The notes below the pieces were generated by a model, which worked only from the letters and a program-made list of their open reading frames with translations, was not told the origin of the DNA and made no database searches. The translations under genes and the position numbers were made by a program. 64,000 bases of DNA from the human T2T-CHM13v2.0 reference genome, Homo sapiens. The stretch lies in NCBI RefSeq assembly GCF_009914755.1, contig NC_060939.1, one strand, 5' to 3'. This document shows positions 41,086 through 54,833 of the stretch, piece by piece; the stretch's first letter is position 1, and each line of letters starts with the position of its first letter.

Positions 41086-44000
41086 CTAGGATGTGCCTAA
41101 ATTAACTTTTTGACATAAACCTGTACTGATCATCCAGGTGATGGAGCTTTTGTCTAGGCTCTGCCTAAGGGGGCATTGTGACATATTTCTGCATTGATCA
41201 CCCAGGTGGCGAACTCTTCTCTCGGATCTGCCTATGGGGGCATTGTGAGAAATCTCTGCACTGATCACCCAGGTGATGTAACTGTTGTGTAACCTCTGCC
41301 TACAGGGGAATTGTGAGAGATCTCGTCACTGATTACCCAAGTGATGTAACCATTGTCTAGGCTTTGCGTACAGGGGGCTTTGTGACATACCTTTGCACTG
41401 ATCACCCAGGTGATGTAACACATCTAAGTTCGGCCTAAAGGAGCTTTGTGACATATCTCTGCACTGATCACTTAGGTGATGTAACACTTTTATAATCACT
41501 GCCTACAGGGAATTTTTGACAAATCTCTGCACTGATCACCTAGGTGATGTCACTCTTGTCTACCCTCTGTCCAACGGGGCATTGTGAAATGTCTCTGCAC
41601 TGATCACCCAGGTGATTCAACTCTTGACTAGGAACTGCCTACAGAGGTTATTGTGAAATATCTCTGCAATGATAAACTAGGTGGTGTAACCATTGTCCAA
41701 GCTCTGCCTACAGGGGCGTTTCCACATATCCCTGAACTGATGACAAAGTTGATGTAACTCTTGCCTAGGCTTTGCCTACAGGGAACATTGGACATATATC
41801 TGCACTGATCACCCAGGTGATGCAACTCTTGCCTAGGCTTTGCCTACAGGGGACATTGTGACATATCTCTTCAATGATCACTCATGTGATGCATCTCTTG
41901 CCTAGGCTTTGCCTACAGGGGACATTGTGACATATCTCTGCACTGATCTCCAGGTGCTGTAACTTTAGTCTAGGCTCTGGCTACATGGCATTGTGACATA
42001 TCACTGCACTGATCAACCAGGTGATATAACTCTTGTATAGGCTCTGCCTACAGGGGGATTGTGACCTGCTTCTGTACTGATCACCCAGGTGACATAACTC
42101 TTCTCTAGGATCTGCCTACAGGGTACTTTGTGACATATCCCTGCACTGATCACCCAGGTGATCTAACTCTGGTCTAAGCTCTGCCTAAAGGGGCATTGTG
42201 ACAGATCTCTGCACTGATCACTCTGGTGATGTAAGTATTGTCTATGCTCTGCTTCAAGGGGCCTTGTCACATATCTCTGCACTGATCACCCAGGTGATGT
42301 AACTCTTCTCTAGGCTCTGCTTCCAGGGCATATTGTGACATATCTATGCACTGATCACCTTAGTGATGTAACACTTTGGTAGGCTCGGCCTACAGTGGAA
42401 TCTTGACATATCTCTGCACTGTTAACCGAGGTGATTTAACTCTTGTCTAGGCTCTGCCCACAGGGGGATTGAGACATATCTCTGCACTGATCCCGAGGTG
42501 ATACAACTCTTGCCTGGTCTCTGCCTACTGTGGACATTGTGACATATCTCTGCACTGATGTCCCATGTGCTGTAACTTTAGTATAGGCTCTGGCTACATG
42601 GCATTGTGACATATCACTGCACTGATCAACCAGGTGATATAACTCTTGTATAGACTCTGCCTACAGGGGGATTGTGACCTACCTCTGCACTGATCACCCA
42701 GGTGATATAACTCTTCTCTAGGATCTGCCTACAGGGTACTTTGTGACACATCCCTGCACTGATCACCCAGGTGATCTAACCTCTGGTCTAAGCTCTGCCT
42801 AAAGGGGCATTGTGACAGATCTCTGCACTGATCAGTCTGGTGATGTAAGTATTGTCTAGGCTCTGCTTCAAGGGGCCTTGTCACATATCTCTGCACTGAT
42901 CACCCAGGTGATGTAACTCTTGTCTAGGCTCTGCTTCCAGGGCATATTGTGATATATCTATGCACTGATCACCTTAGTGATGTAACACTTTGGTAGGCTC
43001 GGCCTACAGGGGAATCTTGACATATCTCTGCACTGTTAACCGAGGTGATTTAACTCTTGACTAGGCTGTGCCCACAGGGGGATTGAGACATATCTCTGCA
43101 CTGATCCCGAGGTGATACAACTCTTGCCTGGTCTCTGCCTAGTGTGGACATTGTGACATATCTCTGAACTGATTTCCCAGGTGCTGTAACTTTAGTCTGG
43201 GCTCCGGCTACACGGCATTGTGACATATCACTGCACTGATCACCCAGGCGATATAACTCTTCTCTAGGATCTGACCACAGGGTGCTTTGTGACATATCCC
43301 TGCAATGATCACCCAGGTGATATACCACTTGCCAAGGCTCTGCCTACAGGGGCATTGCAATGTATCTCTGCACTGATCACCTAGGTCTTGTAGCTCTTTT
43401 CTAGGATCTGCCTACAGGGTGCTTTGTGACGTGTCCCAGCAAGGATTACCCAGGTGATGTACCTCTCATCAAGGCTCTGCCTACAGGCACATTGTGATGT
43501 ATCTCTGCACTGATCACCTCGGTCATGTAACTTTTTTCTAGGCTCTACCTACGATGGCATTGTGACATATCTCTGCACTAATCATCCAAGTGATGTAACT
43601 CTTGTCTAGGATGTGCCTAAATTAACTTTTTGACATAACCCTGTACTGATCATCCAGGTGATGGAGCTTTTGTCTAGGCTCTGCCTAAGGGGGGCATTGT
43701 GACATATTTCTGCATTGATCACCCAGGTGGCGAACTCTTCTCTCGGATCTGCCTATGGGGGCATTGTGAGAAATCTCTGCACTGATCACCCAGGTGATGT
43801 AACTGTTGTGTAACCTCTGCCTACAGGGGAATTGTGAGAGATCTCGTCACTGATTACCCAAGTGATGTAACCATTGTCTAGGCTTTGCGTACAGGGGGCT
43901 TTGTGACATACCTTTGCACTGATCACCCAGGTGATGTAACACATCTAAGTTCGTCCTAAAGGAGCTTTGTGACATATCTCTGCACTGATCACTTAGGTGA

Positions 44001-46125
44001 TGTAACACTTTTATAATCACTGCCTACAGGGAATTTTGACAAATCTCTGCACTGATCACCTAGGTGATGTCACTCTTGTCTACCCTCTGTCCAACGGGGC
44101 ATTGTGAAATGTCTCTGCACTGATCACCCAGGTGATTCAACTCTTGACTAGGAACTGCCTACAGAGGTTATTGTGAAATATCTCTGCACTGATAAACTAG
44201 GTGGTGTAACCATTGTCCAAGCTCTGCCTACAGGGGCGTTTCCACATATCCCTGAACTGATGACAAAGGTGATGTAACTCTTGCCTAGGCTTTGCCTACA
44301 GGGAACATTGGACATATATCTGCACTGATCACCCAGGTGATGCAACTCTTGCCTAGGCTTTGCCTACAGGGGACATTGTGACATATCTCTTCAATGATCA
44401 CTCATGTGATGCATCTCTTACCTAGGCTTTGCCTACAGGGGACATTGTGACATATCTCTGCACTGATCTCCCAGGTGCTGTAACTTTAGTCTAGGCTCTG
44501 GCTACACGGCATTGTGACATATCACTGCACTGATCAACCAGGTGATATAACTCTTGTATAGGCTCTGCCTACAGGGGGATTGTGACCTACCTCTGCACTG
44601 ATCACCCAGGTGACATAACTCTTCTCTAGGATCTGCCTACAGGGTACTTTGTGACATATCCCTGCACTGATCACCCAGGTGATCTAACTCTGGTCTAAGC
44701 TCTGCCTAAAGGGGCATTGTGACAGATCTCTGCACTGATCACTCTGGTGATGTAAGTATTGTCTATGCTCTGCTTCAAGGGGCCTTGTCACATATCTCTG
44801 CACTGATCACCCAGGTGATGTAACTCTTCTCTAGGCTCTGCTTCCAGGGCATATTGTGACATATCTATGCACTGATCACCTTAGTGATGTAACACTTTGG
44901 TAGGCTCGGCCTACAGGGGAATCTTGACATATCTCTGCACTGTTAACCGAGGTGATTTAACTCTTGTCTAGGCTCTGCCCACAGGGGGATTGAGACGTAT
45001 CTCTGCACTGATCCCGAGGTGATACAACTCTTGCCTGGTCTCTGCCTACTGTGGACATTGTGACATATCTCTGCACTGATGTCCCATGTGCTGTAACTTT
45101 AGTCTAGGCTCTGGCTACATGGCATTGTGACATATCACTGCACTGATCAACCAGGTGATATAACTCTTGTATAGACTCTGCCTACAGGGGGATTGTGACC
45201 TACCTCTGCACTGATCACCCAGGTGATATAACTCTTCTCTAGGATCTGCCTACAGGGTACTTTGTGACACATCCCTGCACTGATCACCCAGGTGATCTAA
45301 CTCTGGTCTAAGCTCTGCCTAAAGGGGCATTGTGACAGATCTCTGCACTGATCAGTCTGGTGATGTAAGTATTGTCTAGGCTCTGCTTCAAGGGGCCTTG
45401 TCACATATCTCTGCACTGATCACCCAGGTGATGTAACTCTTGTCTATGCTCTGCTTTCAGGGCATATTGTGATATATCTATGCACTGATCACCTTAGTGA
45501 TGTAACACTTTGGTAAGCTCGGCCTACAGGGGAATCTTGACATATCTCTGCACTGTTAACCGAGGTGATTTAACTCTTGACTAGGCTGTGCCCACAGGGG
45601 GATTGAGACATATCTCTGCACTGATCCCGAGGTGATACAACTCTTGCCTGGTCTCTGCCTAGTGTGGACATTGTGACATATCTCTGAACTGATCTCCCAG
45701 GTGCTGTAACTTTAGTCTGGGCTCCGGCTACACGGCATTGTGACATATCACTGCACTGATCACCCAGGCGATATAACTCTTCTCTAGGATCTGACCACAG
45801 GGTGCTTTGTGACATATCCCTGCAATGATCACCCAGGTGATATACCACTTGCCAAGGCTCTGCCTACAGGGGCATTGCAATGTATCTCTGCACTGATCAC
45901 CTAGGTCTTGTAGCTCTTTTCTAGGATCTGCCTACAGGGTGCTTTGTGACGTGTCCCAGCAAGGATTACCCAGGTGATGTACCTCTCATCAAGGCTCTGC
46001 CTACAGGCACATTGTGATGTATCTCTGCACTGATCACCTCGGTCATGTAACTTTTTTCTAGGCTCTACCTATGATGGCATTGTGACATATCTCTGCACTA
46101 ATCATCCAAGTGATGTAACTCTTGT
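41086..46125 (+). repeat. Two consecutive 37-mer HOR variants (2520 bp each; anchors 41086 and 43606)
   Basis: Anchor spacing is 2520 and 2520, and the junction monomer GATGTCCCATGTGCTG is at about 42557 and 45078. Confidence 0.92.
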
Positions 46126-48031
46126 CTAGGATGTGCCTAAATTAACTTTGTGACATAACCCTGTACTGATCATCCAGGTGATGGAGCTTTTGTCTAGGCT
46201 CTGCCTAAGGGGGCATTGTGACATATTTCTGCATTGATCACCCAGGTGGCGAAGTCTTCTCTCGGATCTGTCTATGGGGGCATTGTGAGAAATCTCTGCA
46301 CTGATCACCCAGGTGATGTAACTGTTGTGTAACCTCTGCCTACAGGGGAATTGTGAGAGATCTCGTCACTGATTACCCAAGTGATGTAACCATTGTCTAG
46401 GCTTTGCGTACAGGGGGCTTTGTGACATACCTTTGCACTGATCACCCAGGTGATGTAACACATCTAAGTTCGGCCTAAAGGAGCTTTGTGACATATCTCT
46501 GCACTGATCAGTTAGGTGATGTAACACTTTCATAATCACTGCCTACAGGGAATTTTGACAAATCTCTGCACTGATCACCTAGGTGATGTAACTCTTGTCT
46601 ACCCTCTGTCCAACGGGGCATTGTGAAATGTCTCTGCACTGATCACCCAGGTGATACAACTCTTGACTAGAAACTGCCTGCAGAGGTTATTGTGAAATAT
46701 CTCTGCACTGATAAACTAGGTGGTGTAACCCTTGTCCAAGCTCTGCCTACAGGGGCGTTTCCACATATCCCTGAACTGATGACAAAGGTGATGTAACTCT
46801 TGCCTAGGCTTTGCCTACAGGGAACATTGGACATATATCTGCACTGATCACCCAGGTGATGCAACTCTTGCCTAGGCTTTGCCTACAGGGGACATTGTGA
46901 CATATCTCTTCAATGATCACTCACGTGATGCATCTCTTGCCTAGGCTTTGCCTACAGGGGACATTGTGACAAATCTCTGCACTGATCTCCCACGTGCTGT
47001 AACTTTAGTCTAGGCTCTGGCTACACGGCATTGTGACATATCACTGCACTGATCAACCAGGTGATATAACTCTTGTATAGGCTCTGCCTACAGGGGGATT
47101 GTGACCTACCTCTGCACTGATCACCCAGGTGATATAACTCTTCTCTAGGATCTGCCTACAGGGTACTTTGTGACATATCCCTGCACTGATCACCCAGGTG
47201 ATCTAACTCTGATCTAAGCTCTGCCTAAAGGGGCATTGTGACAGATCTCTGCACTGATCCCTCTGGTGATGTAAGTATTGTCTAGGCTCTGCTTCAAGGG
47301 GCCTTGTCACATATCTCTGCACTGATCACCCAGGTGATGTAACTCTTGTCTAGGCTCTGCTTCCAGGGCATATCGTGACATATGTATGCACTGATCACCT
47401 TAGTGATGTAACACTTTGGTAGGCTCGGCCTACAGGGGAATCTTGACATATCTCTGCACTGTTAACCGAGGTGATTTAACACTTGTCTAGGCTGTGACCA
47501 CAGGGGGATTGAGACATATCTCTGCACTGATCCCGAGGTGATACAACTCTTGCCTGGTCTCTGCATACTGTGGACGTTGTGACAAATCTCTGCACTGATG
47601 TCCCAGGAGCTGTAACTTTAGTCTAGGCTCTGGCTACACGGCATTGTGACATATCACTGCACTGATCACCCAGGCGATATAACTCTTCTCTAGGATCTGA
47701 CCACAGGGTGCTTTGTGACATATCCCTGCAATGATCACCCAGGTGATATACCACTTGCCAAGGCTCTGCCTACAGGGGCATTGCAATGTATCTCTGCACT
47801 GATCACCTAGGTCTTGTAGCTATTTTCTAGGATCTGCCTACAGGGTGCTTTGTGACGTGTCCCAGCAAGGATTACCCAGGTGATGTACCTCTCATCAAGG
47901 CTCTGCCTACAGGCACATTGTGATGTATCTCTGCACTGATCACCTCGGTCATGTAACTTTTTTCTAGGCTCTACCTACGATGGCATTGTGACATATCTCT
48001 GCACTAATCATCCAAGTGATGTAACTCTTGT

Positions 48032-51000
48032 CTAGGATGTGCCTAACTTAACTTTTTGACATAACCCTGTACTGATCATCCAGGTGATGGAGCTTTTGTC
48101 TAGGCTCTGCCTAAGGGGGCATTGTGACATATTTCTGCATTGATCACCCAGGTGGCGAACTCTTCTCTCGGATCTGCCTATGGGGGCATTGTGAGAAATC
48201 TCTGCACTGATCACCCAGGTGATGTAACTGTTGTGTAACCTCTGCCTACAGGGGAATTGTGAGAGATCTCGTCACTGATTACCCAAGTGATGTAACCAAT
48301 GTCTAGGCTTTGCGTACAGGGGCTTTGTGACATACCTTTGCACTGATCACCCAGGTGATGTAACACATGTAAGTTTGGCCTAAAGGAGCTTTGTGACATA
48401 TCTCTGCACTGATCACTTAGGTGATGTAACACTTTTATAATCACTGCCTACAGGGAATTTTGACAAATCTCTGCACTGATCACCTAGGTGTTGTAACTCT
48501 TGTCTACCCTCTGTCCAACGGGGCATTGTGAAATATCTCTGCACTGATCACCGAGGTGATTCAACTCTTGACTAGGAACTGCCTACAGAGGTTATTGTGA
48601 AATATCTCTGCACTGATAAACTAGGGGGTGTAACCCTTGTCCAAGCTCTGCCTACAGGGTCGTTTCCACATATCCCTGAACTGATGACAAAGGTGATGTA
48701 ACTCTTGCCTAGGCTTTGCCTACAGGGAACATTGGACATATATCTGCACTGATCACCCAGGTGATGCAACTCTTGCTTAGGCTTTGCCTACAGGGGACAT
48801 CGTGACATATCTCTTCAATGATCACTCATGTGATGCATCTCCTGCCTAGGCTTTGCCTACAGGGGACATTGTGACATATCTCTGCACTGATCTCCCAGGT
48901 GCTGTAACTTTAGTCTAGGCTCTGGCTACACGGCATTGTGACCTACCTCTGCACTGATCACCCAGGTGATATAACTCTTCTCTAGGATCTGCCTACAGGG
49001 TACTTTGTGACATATCCCTGCACTGATCACCCAGGTGATCTAACTCTGGTCTAAGCTCTGCCTAAAGGGGCATTGTGACAGATCTCTGCACTGATCACTC
49101 TGGTGATGTAAGTATTGTCTAGGCTCTGCTTCAAGGGGCCTTGTCACATATCTCTGCACTGATCACCCAGGTGATGTAACTCTTGTCTAGGCTCTGCTTC
49201 CAGGGCATATTGTGACATATCTATGCACTGATCACCTTAGTGATGTAACACTTTGGTAGGCTCGGCCTACAGGGGAATCTTGACATATCTCTGCACTGTT
49301 AACCGAGGTGATTTAACTCTTGTCTAGGCTGTGCCCACAGGGGGATTGAGACATATCTCTGCACTGATCCCGAGGTGATACAACTCTTGCCTGGTCTCTG
49401 CCTACTGTGGACATTGGGACATATCTCTGCACTGATCTCCCAGGTGCTGTAACTTTAGTCTAGGCTCTGGCTACACGGCATTGTGACATATCACTGCACT
49501 GATCACCCAGGCGATATAACTATTCTCTAGGATCTGACCACAGGGTGCTTTGTGACATATCCCTGCAATGATCACCCAGGTGATATACCACTTGCCAAGG
49601 CTCTGCCTACAGGGGCATTGCAATGTATCTCTGCACTGATCACCTAGGTCTTGTAGCTATTTTCTAGGATCTGCCTACAGAGTGCTTTGTGACGTGTCCC
49701 AGCAAGGATTACCCAGGTGATGTACCTCTCATCAAGGCTCTGCCTACAGGCACATTGTGATGTATCTCTGCACTGATCACCTCGGTCATGTAACTTTTTT
49801 CTAGGCTCTACCTACGATGGCATTGTGACATATCTCTGCACTAATCATCCAAGTGATGTAACTCTTGTCTAGGATGTGCCTAACTTAACTTTTTGACATA
49901 ACCCTGTACTGATCATCCAGGTGATGGAGCTTTTGTCTAGGCTCTGCCTAAGGGGGCATTGTGACATATTTCTGCATTGATCACCCAGGTGGCGAACTCT
50001 TCTCTCGGATCTGCCTATGGGGGCATTGTGAGAAATCTCTGCACTGATCACCCAGGTGATGTAACTGTTGTGTAACCTCTGCCTACAGGGGAATTGTGAG
50101 AGATCTCGTCACTGATTACCCAAGTGATGTAACCAATGTCTAGGCTTTGCGTACAGGGGGCTTTGTTTCATACCTTTGCACTGATCACCCAGGTGATGTA
50201 ACACATCTAAGTTCGGCCTTAAGGAGCTTTGTGACATATCTCTGCACTGATCACTTAGGTGATGTAACACTTTTATAATCACTGCCTACAGGGAATTTTG
50301 ACAAATCTCTGCACTGATCACCTAGGTGATGTAACTCTTGTCTCCCCTCTGTCCAACGGGGCATTGTGAAATATCTCTGCACTGATCACCCAGGTGATTC
50401 AACTCTTGACTAGGAACTGCCTACAGAGGTTATTGTGAAATATCTCTGCACTGATAAACTAGGGGGTGTAACACTTGTCCAAGCTCTGCCTACAGGGTCG
50501 TTTCCACATATCCCTGAACTGATGACAAAGGTGATGTAACTCTTGCCTAGGCTTTTCCTACAGGGAACATTGGACATATATCTGCACTGATCACCCAGGT
50601 GATCTTACTCTGGTCTAAGCTCTGCCTAAAGGGGCATTGTGACAGATCTCTGCACTGATCACTCTGGTGATGTAAGTATTGTCTAGGCTCTGCTTCAAGG
50701 GGCCTTGTCACATATCTCTGCACTGATCACCCAGGTGATGTAACTCTTGTCTAGGCTCTGCTTCCAGGGCATATTGTGACATATCTATGCACTGATCACC
50801 TTAGTGATGTAACACTTTGGTAGGCTCGGCCTACAGGGGAATCTTGACATATCTCTGCACTGTTAACCGAGGTGATTTAACTCTTGTCTAGGCTGTGCCC
50901 ACAGGGGGATTGAGACATATCTCTGCACTGATCCCGAGGTGATACAACTCTTGCCTGGTCTCTGCCTACTGTGGACATTGTGACATATCTCTGCACTGAT

Positions 51001-54000
51001 CTCCCAGGTGCTGAAACTTTAGTCTAGGCACTGACTACACGGCATTGTGACATATCACTGCACTGAACACCCAGGCGATATAACTCTTCTCTAGGATCTG
51101 ACCACAGGGTGCTTTGTGACATATCCCTGCAATGATCACCCAGGTGATATACCACTTGCCATGGCTCTGCGTACAGGGGCATTGCAATGTATCTCTGCAC
51201 TGATCACCTAGGTCTTGTAGCTATTTTCTAGGATCTGCCTACAGTGTTCTTTGTGACGTGTCCCAGCAAGGATTACCCAGGTGATGTACCTCTCATCAAG
51301 GCTCTGCCTACAGGCACATTGTGATGTATCTCTGCACTGATCACCTCGGTCATGTAACTTTTTTCTAGGCTCTACCTACGATGGCATTGTGACATATCTC
51401 TGCACTAATCATCCAAGTGATGTAACTCTTGTCTAGGATGTGCCTAACTTAACTTTTTGACATAACCCTGTACTGATCATCCAGGTGATGGAGCTTTTGT
51501 CTAGGCTCTGCCTAAGGGGGCATTGTGACATATTTCTGCATTGATCACCCAGGTGGCGAACTCTTCTCTCGGATCTGCCTATGGGGGCATTGTGAGAAAT
51601 CTCTGCACTGATCACCCAGGTGATGTAACTGTTGTGTAACCTCTGCCTACAGGGGAATTGTGAGAGATCTCGTCACTCATTACCCAAGTGATGTAACCAT
51701 TGCCTAGGCTTTGCGTACAGGGGGCTTTGTGACATACCTTTGCACTGATCACCCAGGTGATGTAACACATCTAAGTTCGGCCTAAAGGAGCTTTGTGACA
51801 TATCTCTGCACTGATCACTTAGGTGATGTAACACTTTTATAATCACTGCCTACAGGGAATTTTGACAAATCTCTGCACTGATCACCTAGGTGATGTAACT
51901 CTTGTCTACCCTCTGTCCAACGGGGCATTGTGAAATATCTCTGCACTGATCACCCAGGTGATTCAACTCTTGACTAGGAACTGCCTACAGAGGTTATTGT
52001 GAATTATCTCTGCACTGATAAACTAGGTGGTGTAACCCTTGTCCAAGCTCTGCCTACAGGGGCGTTTCCACATATCCCTGAACTGATGACAAAGGTGATG
52101 TAACTCTTGCCTAGGCTTTGCCTACAGGGAACATTGGACATATATCTGCACTGATCACCCAGGTGATGCAACTCTTGTCTAGGCTTTGCCTACAGGGGAC
52201 ATTGTGACATATCTCTTCAATGATCACTCATGTGATGCATCTCTTGCCTAGGCTTTGCCTACAGGGGACATTGTGACATATCTCTGCACTGATCTCCCAG
52301 GTGCTGTAACATTAGTCTAGGCTCTGGCTACACGGCATTGTCACCTACCTCTGCACTGATCACCCAGGTGATATAACTCTTTTCTAGGATCTGCCTACAG
52401 GGTACTTTGTGACATATCCCTGCACTGATCACCCAGGTGATCTAACTCTGGTCTAAGCTCTGCCTAAAGGGGCATTGTGACAGATCTCTGCACTGATCAC
52501 TCTGGTGATGTAAGTATTGTCTAGGCTCTGCTTCAAGGGGCCTTGTCACATATCTCTGCACTGATCACCCAGGTGATGTAACTCTTGTCTAGGCTCTGCT
52601 TCCAGGGCATATTGTGACATATCTATGCACTGATCACCTTAGTGATGTAACCCTTTGGTAGGCTCGGCCTACAGGGGAATCTTGACATATCTCTGCACTG
52701 TTAACCGAGGTGATTTAACTCTTGTCTAGGCTGTGCCCACAGGGGGATTGAGACATTCTCTGCACTGATCCCGAGGTGATACAACTCTTGCCTTGTCTCT
52801 GCCTACTGTGGAAATTGTGACATATCTCTGCACTGATCTCCCAGGTGCTGTAACTTTACTCTAGGCTCTGGCTACACGGCATTGTGACACATCACTGCAC
52901 TGATCACCCAGGCGATATAACTTTTCTCTAGGATCTGAACACAGGGTGCTTTGTGACATATCCCTGCAATGATCACCCAGGTGATATACCACTTGCCAAG
53001 GCTCTGCCTACAGGGGCATTGCAATGTATCTCTGCACTGATCACCTAGGTCTTGTAGCTATTTTCTAGGATCTGCCTACAGGGTGCTTTGTGACGTGTCC
53101 CAGCAAGGATTACCCAGGTGATGTACCTCTCATCAAGGCTCTGCCTACAGGCACATTGTGATGTATCTCTGCACTGATCACCTCGGTCATGTAACTTTTT
53201 TCTAGGCTCTACCTACGATGGCATTGTGACATATCTCTGCACTAATCATCCAAGTGATGTAACTCTTGTCTAGGATGTGCCTAACTTAACTTTTTGACAT
53301 AACCCTGTACTGATCATCCAGGTGATGGAGCTTTTGTCTAGGCTCTGCCTAAGGGGGCATTGTGACATATTTCTGCATTGATCACCCAGGTGGCGAACTC
53401 TTCTCTCGGATCTGCCTATGGGGGCATTGTGAGAAATCTCTGCACTGATCACCCAGGTGATGTAACTGTTGTGTAACCTCTGCCTACAGGGGAATTGTGA
53501 GAGATCTCGTCACTGATTACCCAAGTGATGTAACCAATGTCTAGGCTTTGCGTACAGGGGGCTTTGTTACATACCTTTGCACTGATCACCCAGGTGATGT
53601 AACACATCTAAGTTCGGCCTTAAGGAGCTTTGTGACATATCTCTGCACTGATCACTTAGGTGATGTAACACTTTTATAATCACTGCCTACAGGGAATTTT
53701 GACAAATCTCTGCACTGATCACCTAGGTGATGTAACTCTTGTCTACCCTCTGTCCAACGGGGCATTGTGAAATATCTCTGCACTGCTCACCCAGGTGATT
53801 CAACTCTTGACTAGGAACTGCCTAGAGAGGTTATTGTGAAATATCTCTGCACTGATAAACTAGGGGGTGTAACACTGGTCCAAGCTCTGCCTACAGGGTC
53901 GTTTCCACATATCCCTGAGCTGATGACAAAGGTGATGTAACTCTTGCCTAGGCTTTTCCTACAGGGAACATTGGACATATATCTGCACTGATCACCCAGG

Positions 54001-54833
54001 TGATCTTACACTGGTCTAATCTCTGCCTAAAGGGGCATTGTGACAGATCTCTGCACTGATCACTCTGGTGACGTAAGTATTGTCTAGGCTCTGCTTCAAG
54101 GGGCCTTGTCACATATCTCTGCACTGATCACCCAGGTGATGTAACTCTTGTCTAGGCTCTGCTTCCAGGGCATATTGTGACATATCTATGCACTGATCAC
54201 CTTAGTGATGTAACACTTTGGTAGGCTCGGCCTACAGGGGAATCTTGACATATCTCTGCACTGTTAACCGAGGTGATTTAACTCTTGTCTAGGCTGTGCC
54301 CACAGGGGGATTGAGACATATTTCTGCACTGATCCCGAGGTGATACAACTCTTGCCTGGTCTCTGCCTACTGTGGACATTGTGACATATCTCTGCACTGA
54401 TCTCCCAGGTGCTGAAACTTTAGTCTAGGCTCTGACTACACGGCATTGTGACATATCACTGCACTGAACACCCAGGCGATATAACTCTTCTCTAGGATCT
54501 GACCACAGGGGGCTTTGTGACATATCCCTGCAATGATCACCCAGGTGATATACCACTTGCCAAGGCTCTGCCTACAGGGGCATTGCAATGTATCTCTGCA
54601 CTGATCACCTAGGTCTTGTAGCTATTTTCTAGGATCTGCCTACAGGGTTCTTTGTGACGTGTCCCAGCAAGGATTACCCAGGTGATGTACCTCTCATCAA
54701 GGCTCTGCCTACAGGCACATTGTGATGTATCTCTGCACTGATCACCTAGGTCATGTAACTTTTTTCTAGGCTCTACCTACGATGGCATTGTGACATATCT
54801 CTGCACTAATCATCCAAGTGATGTAACTCTTGT
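48032..54833 (+). repeat. Two tandem copies of a 3401-bp (27-mer + 23-mer) HOR pair
   Basis: Anchor spacings are 1837, 1564, 1837 and 1564, and all four anchors carry the private variant GCCTAACTTAAC instead of GCCTAAATTAAC. Confidence 0.9.

Larger units (their letters stand above)
1..50981 (+). repeat. One full period of a putative 51-kb macro-repeat (26 HORs, about 749 monomers); the phase is set arbitrarily by the window start
   Basis: The sequence from 50982 reproduces position 1 onward, including private variants and the HOR length order 27, 23, 28, 27, 27, 28. The offset is 50981, falling to 50977 after about position 9230. Confidence 0.85.
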
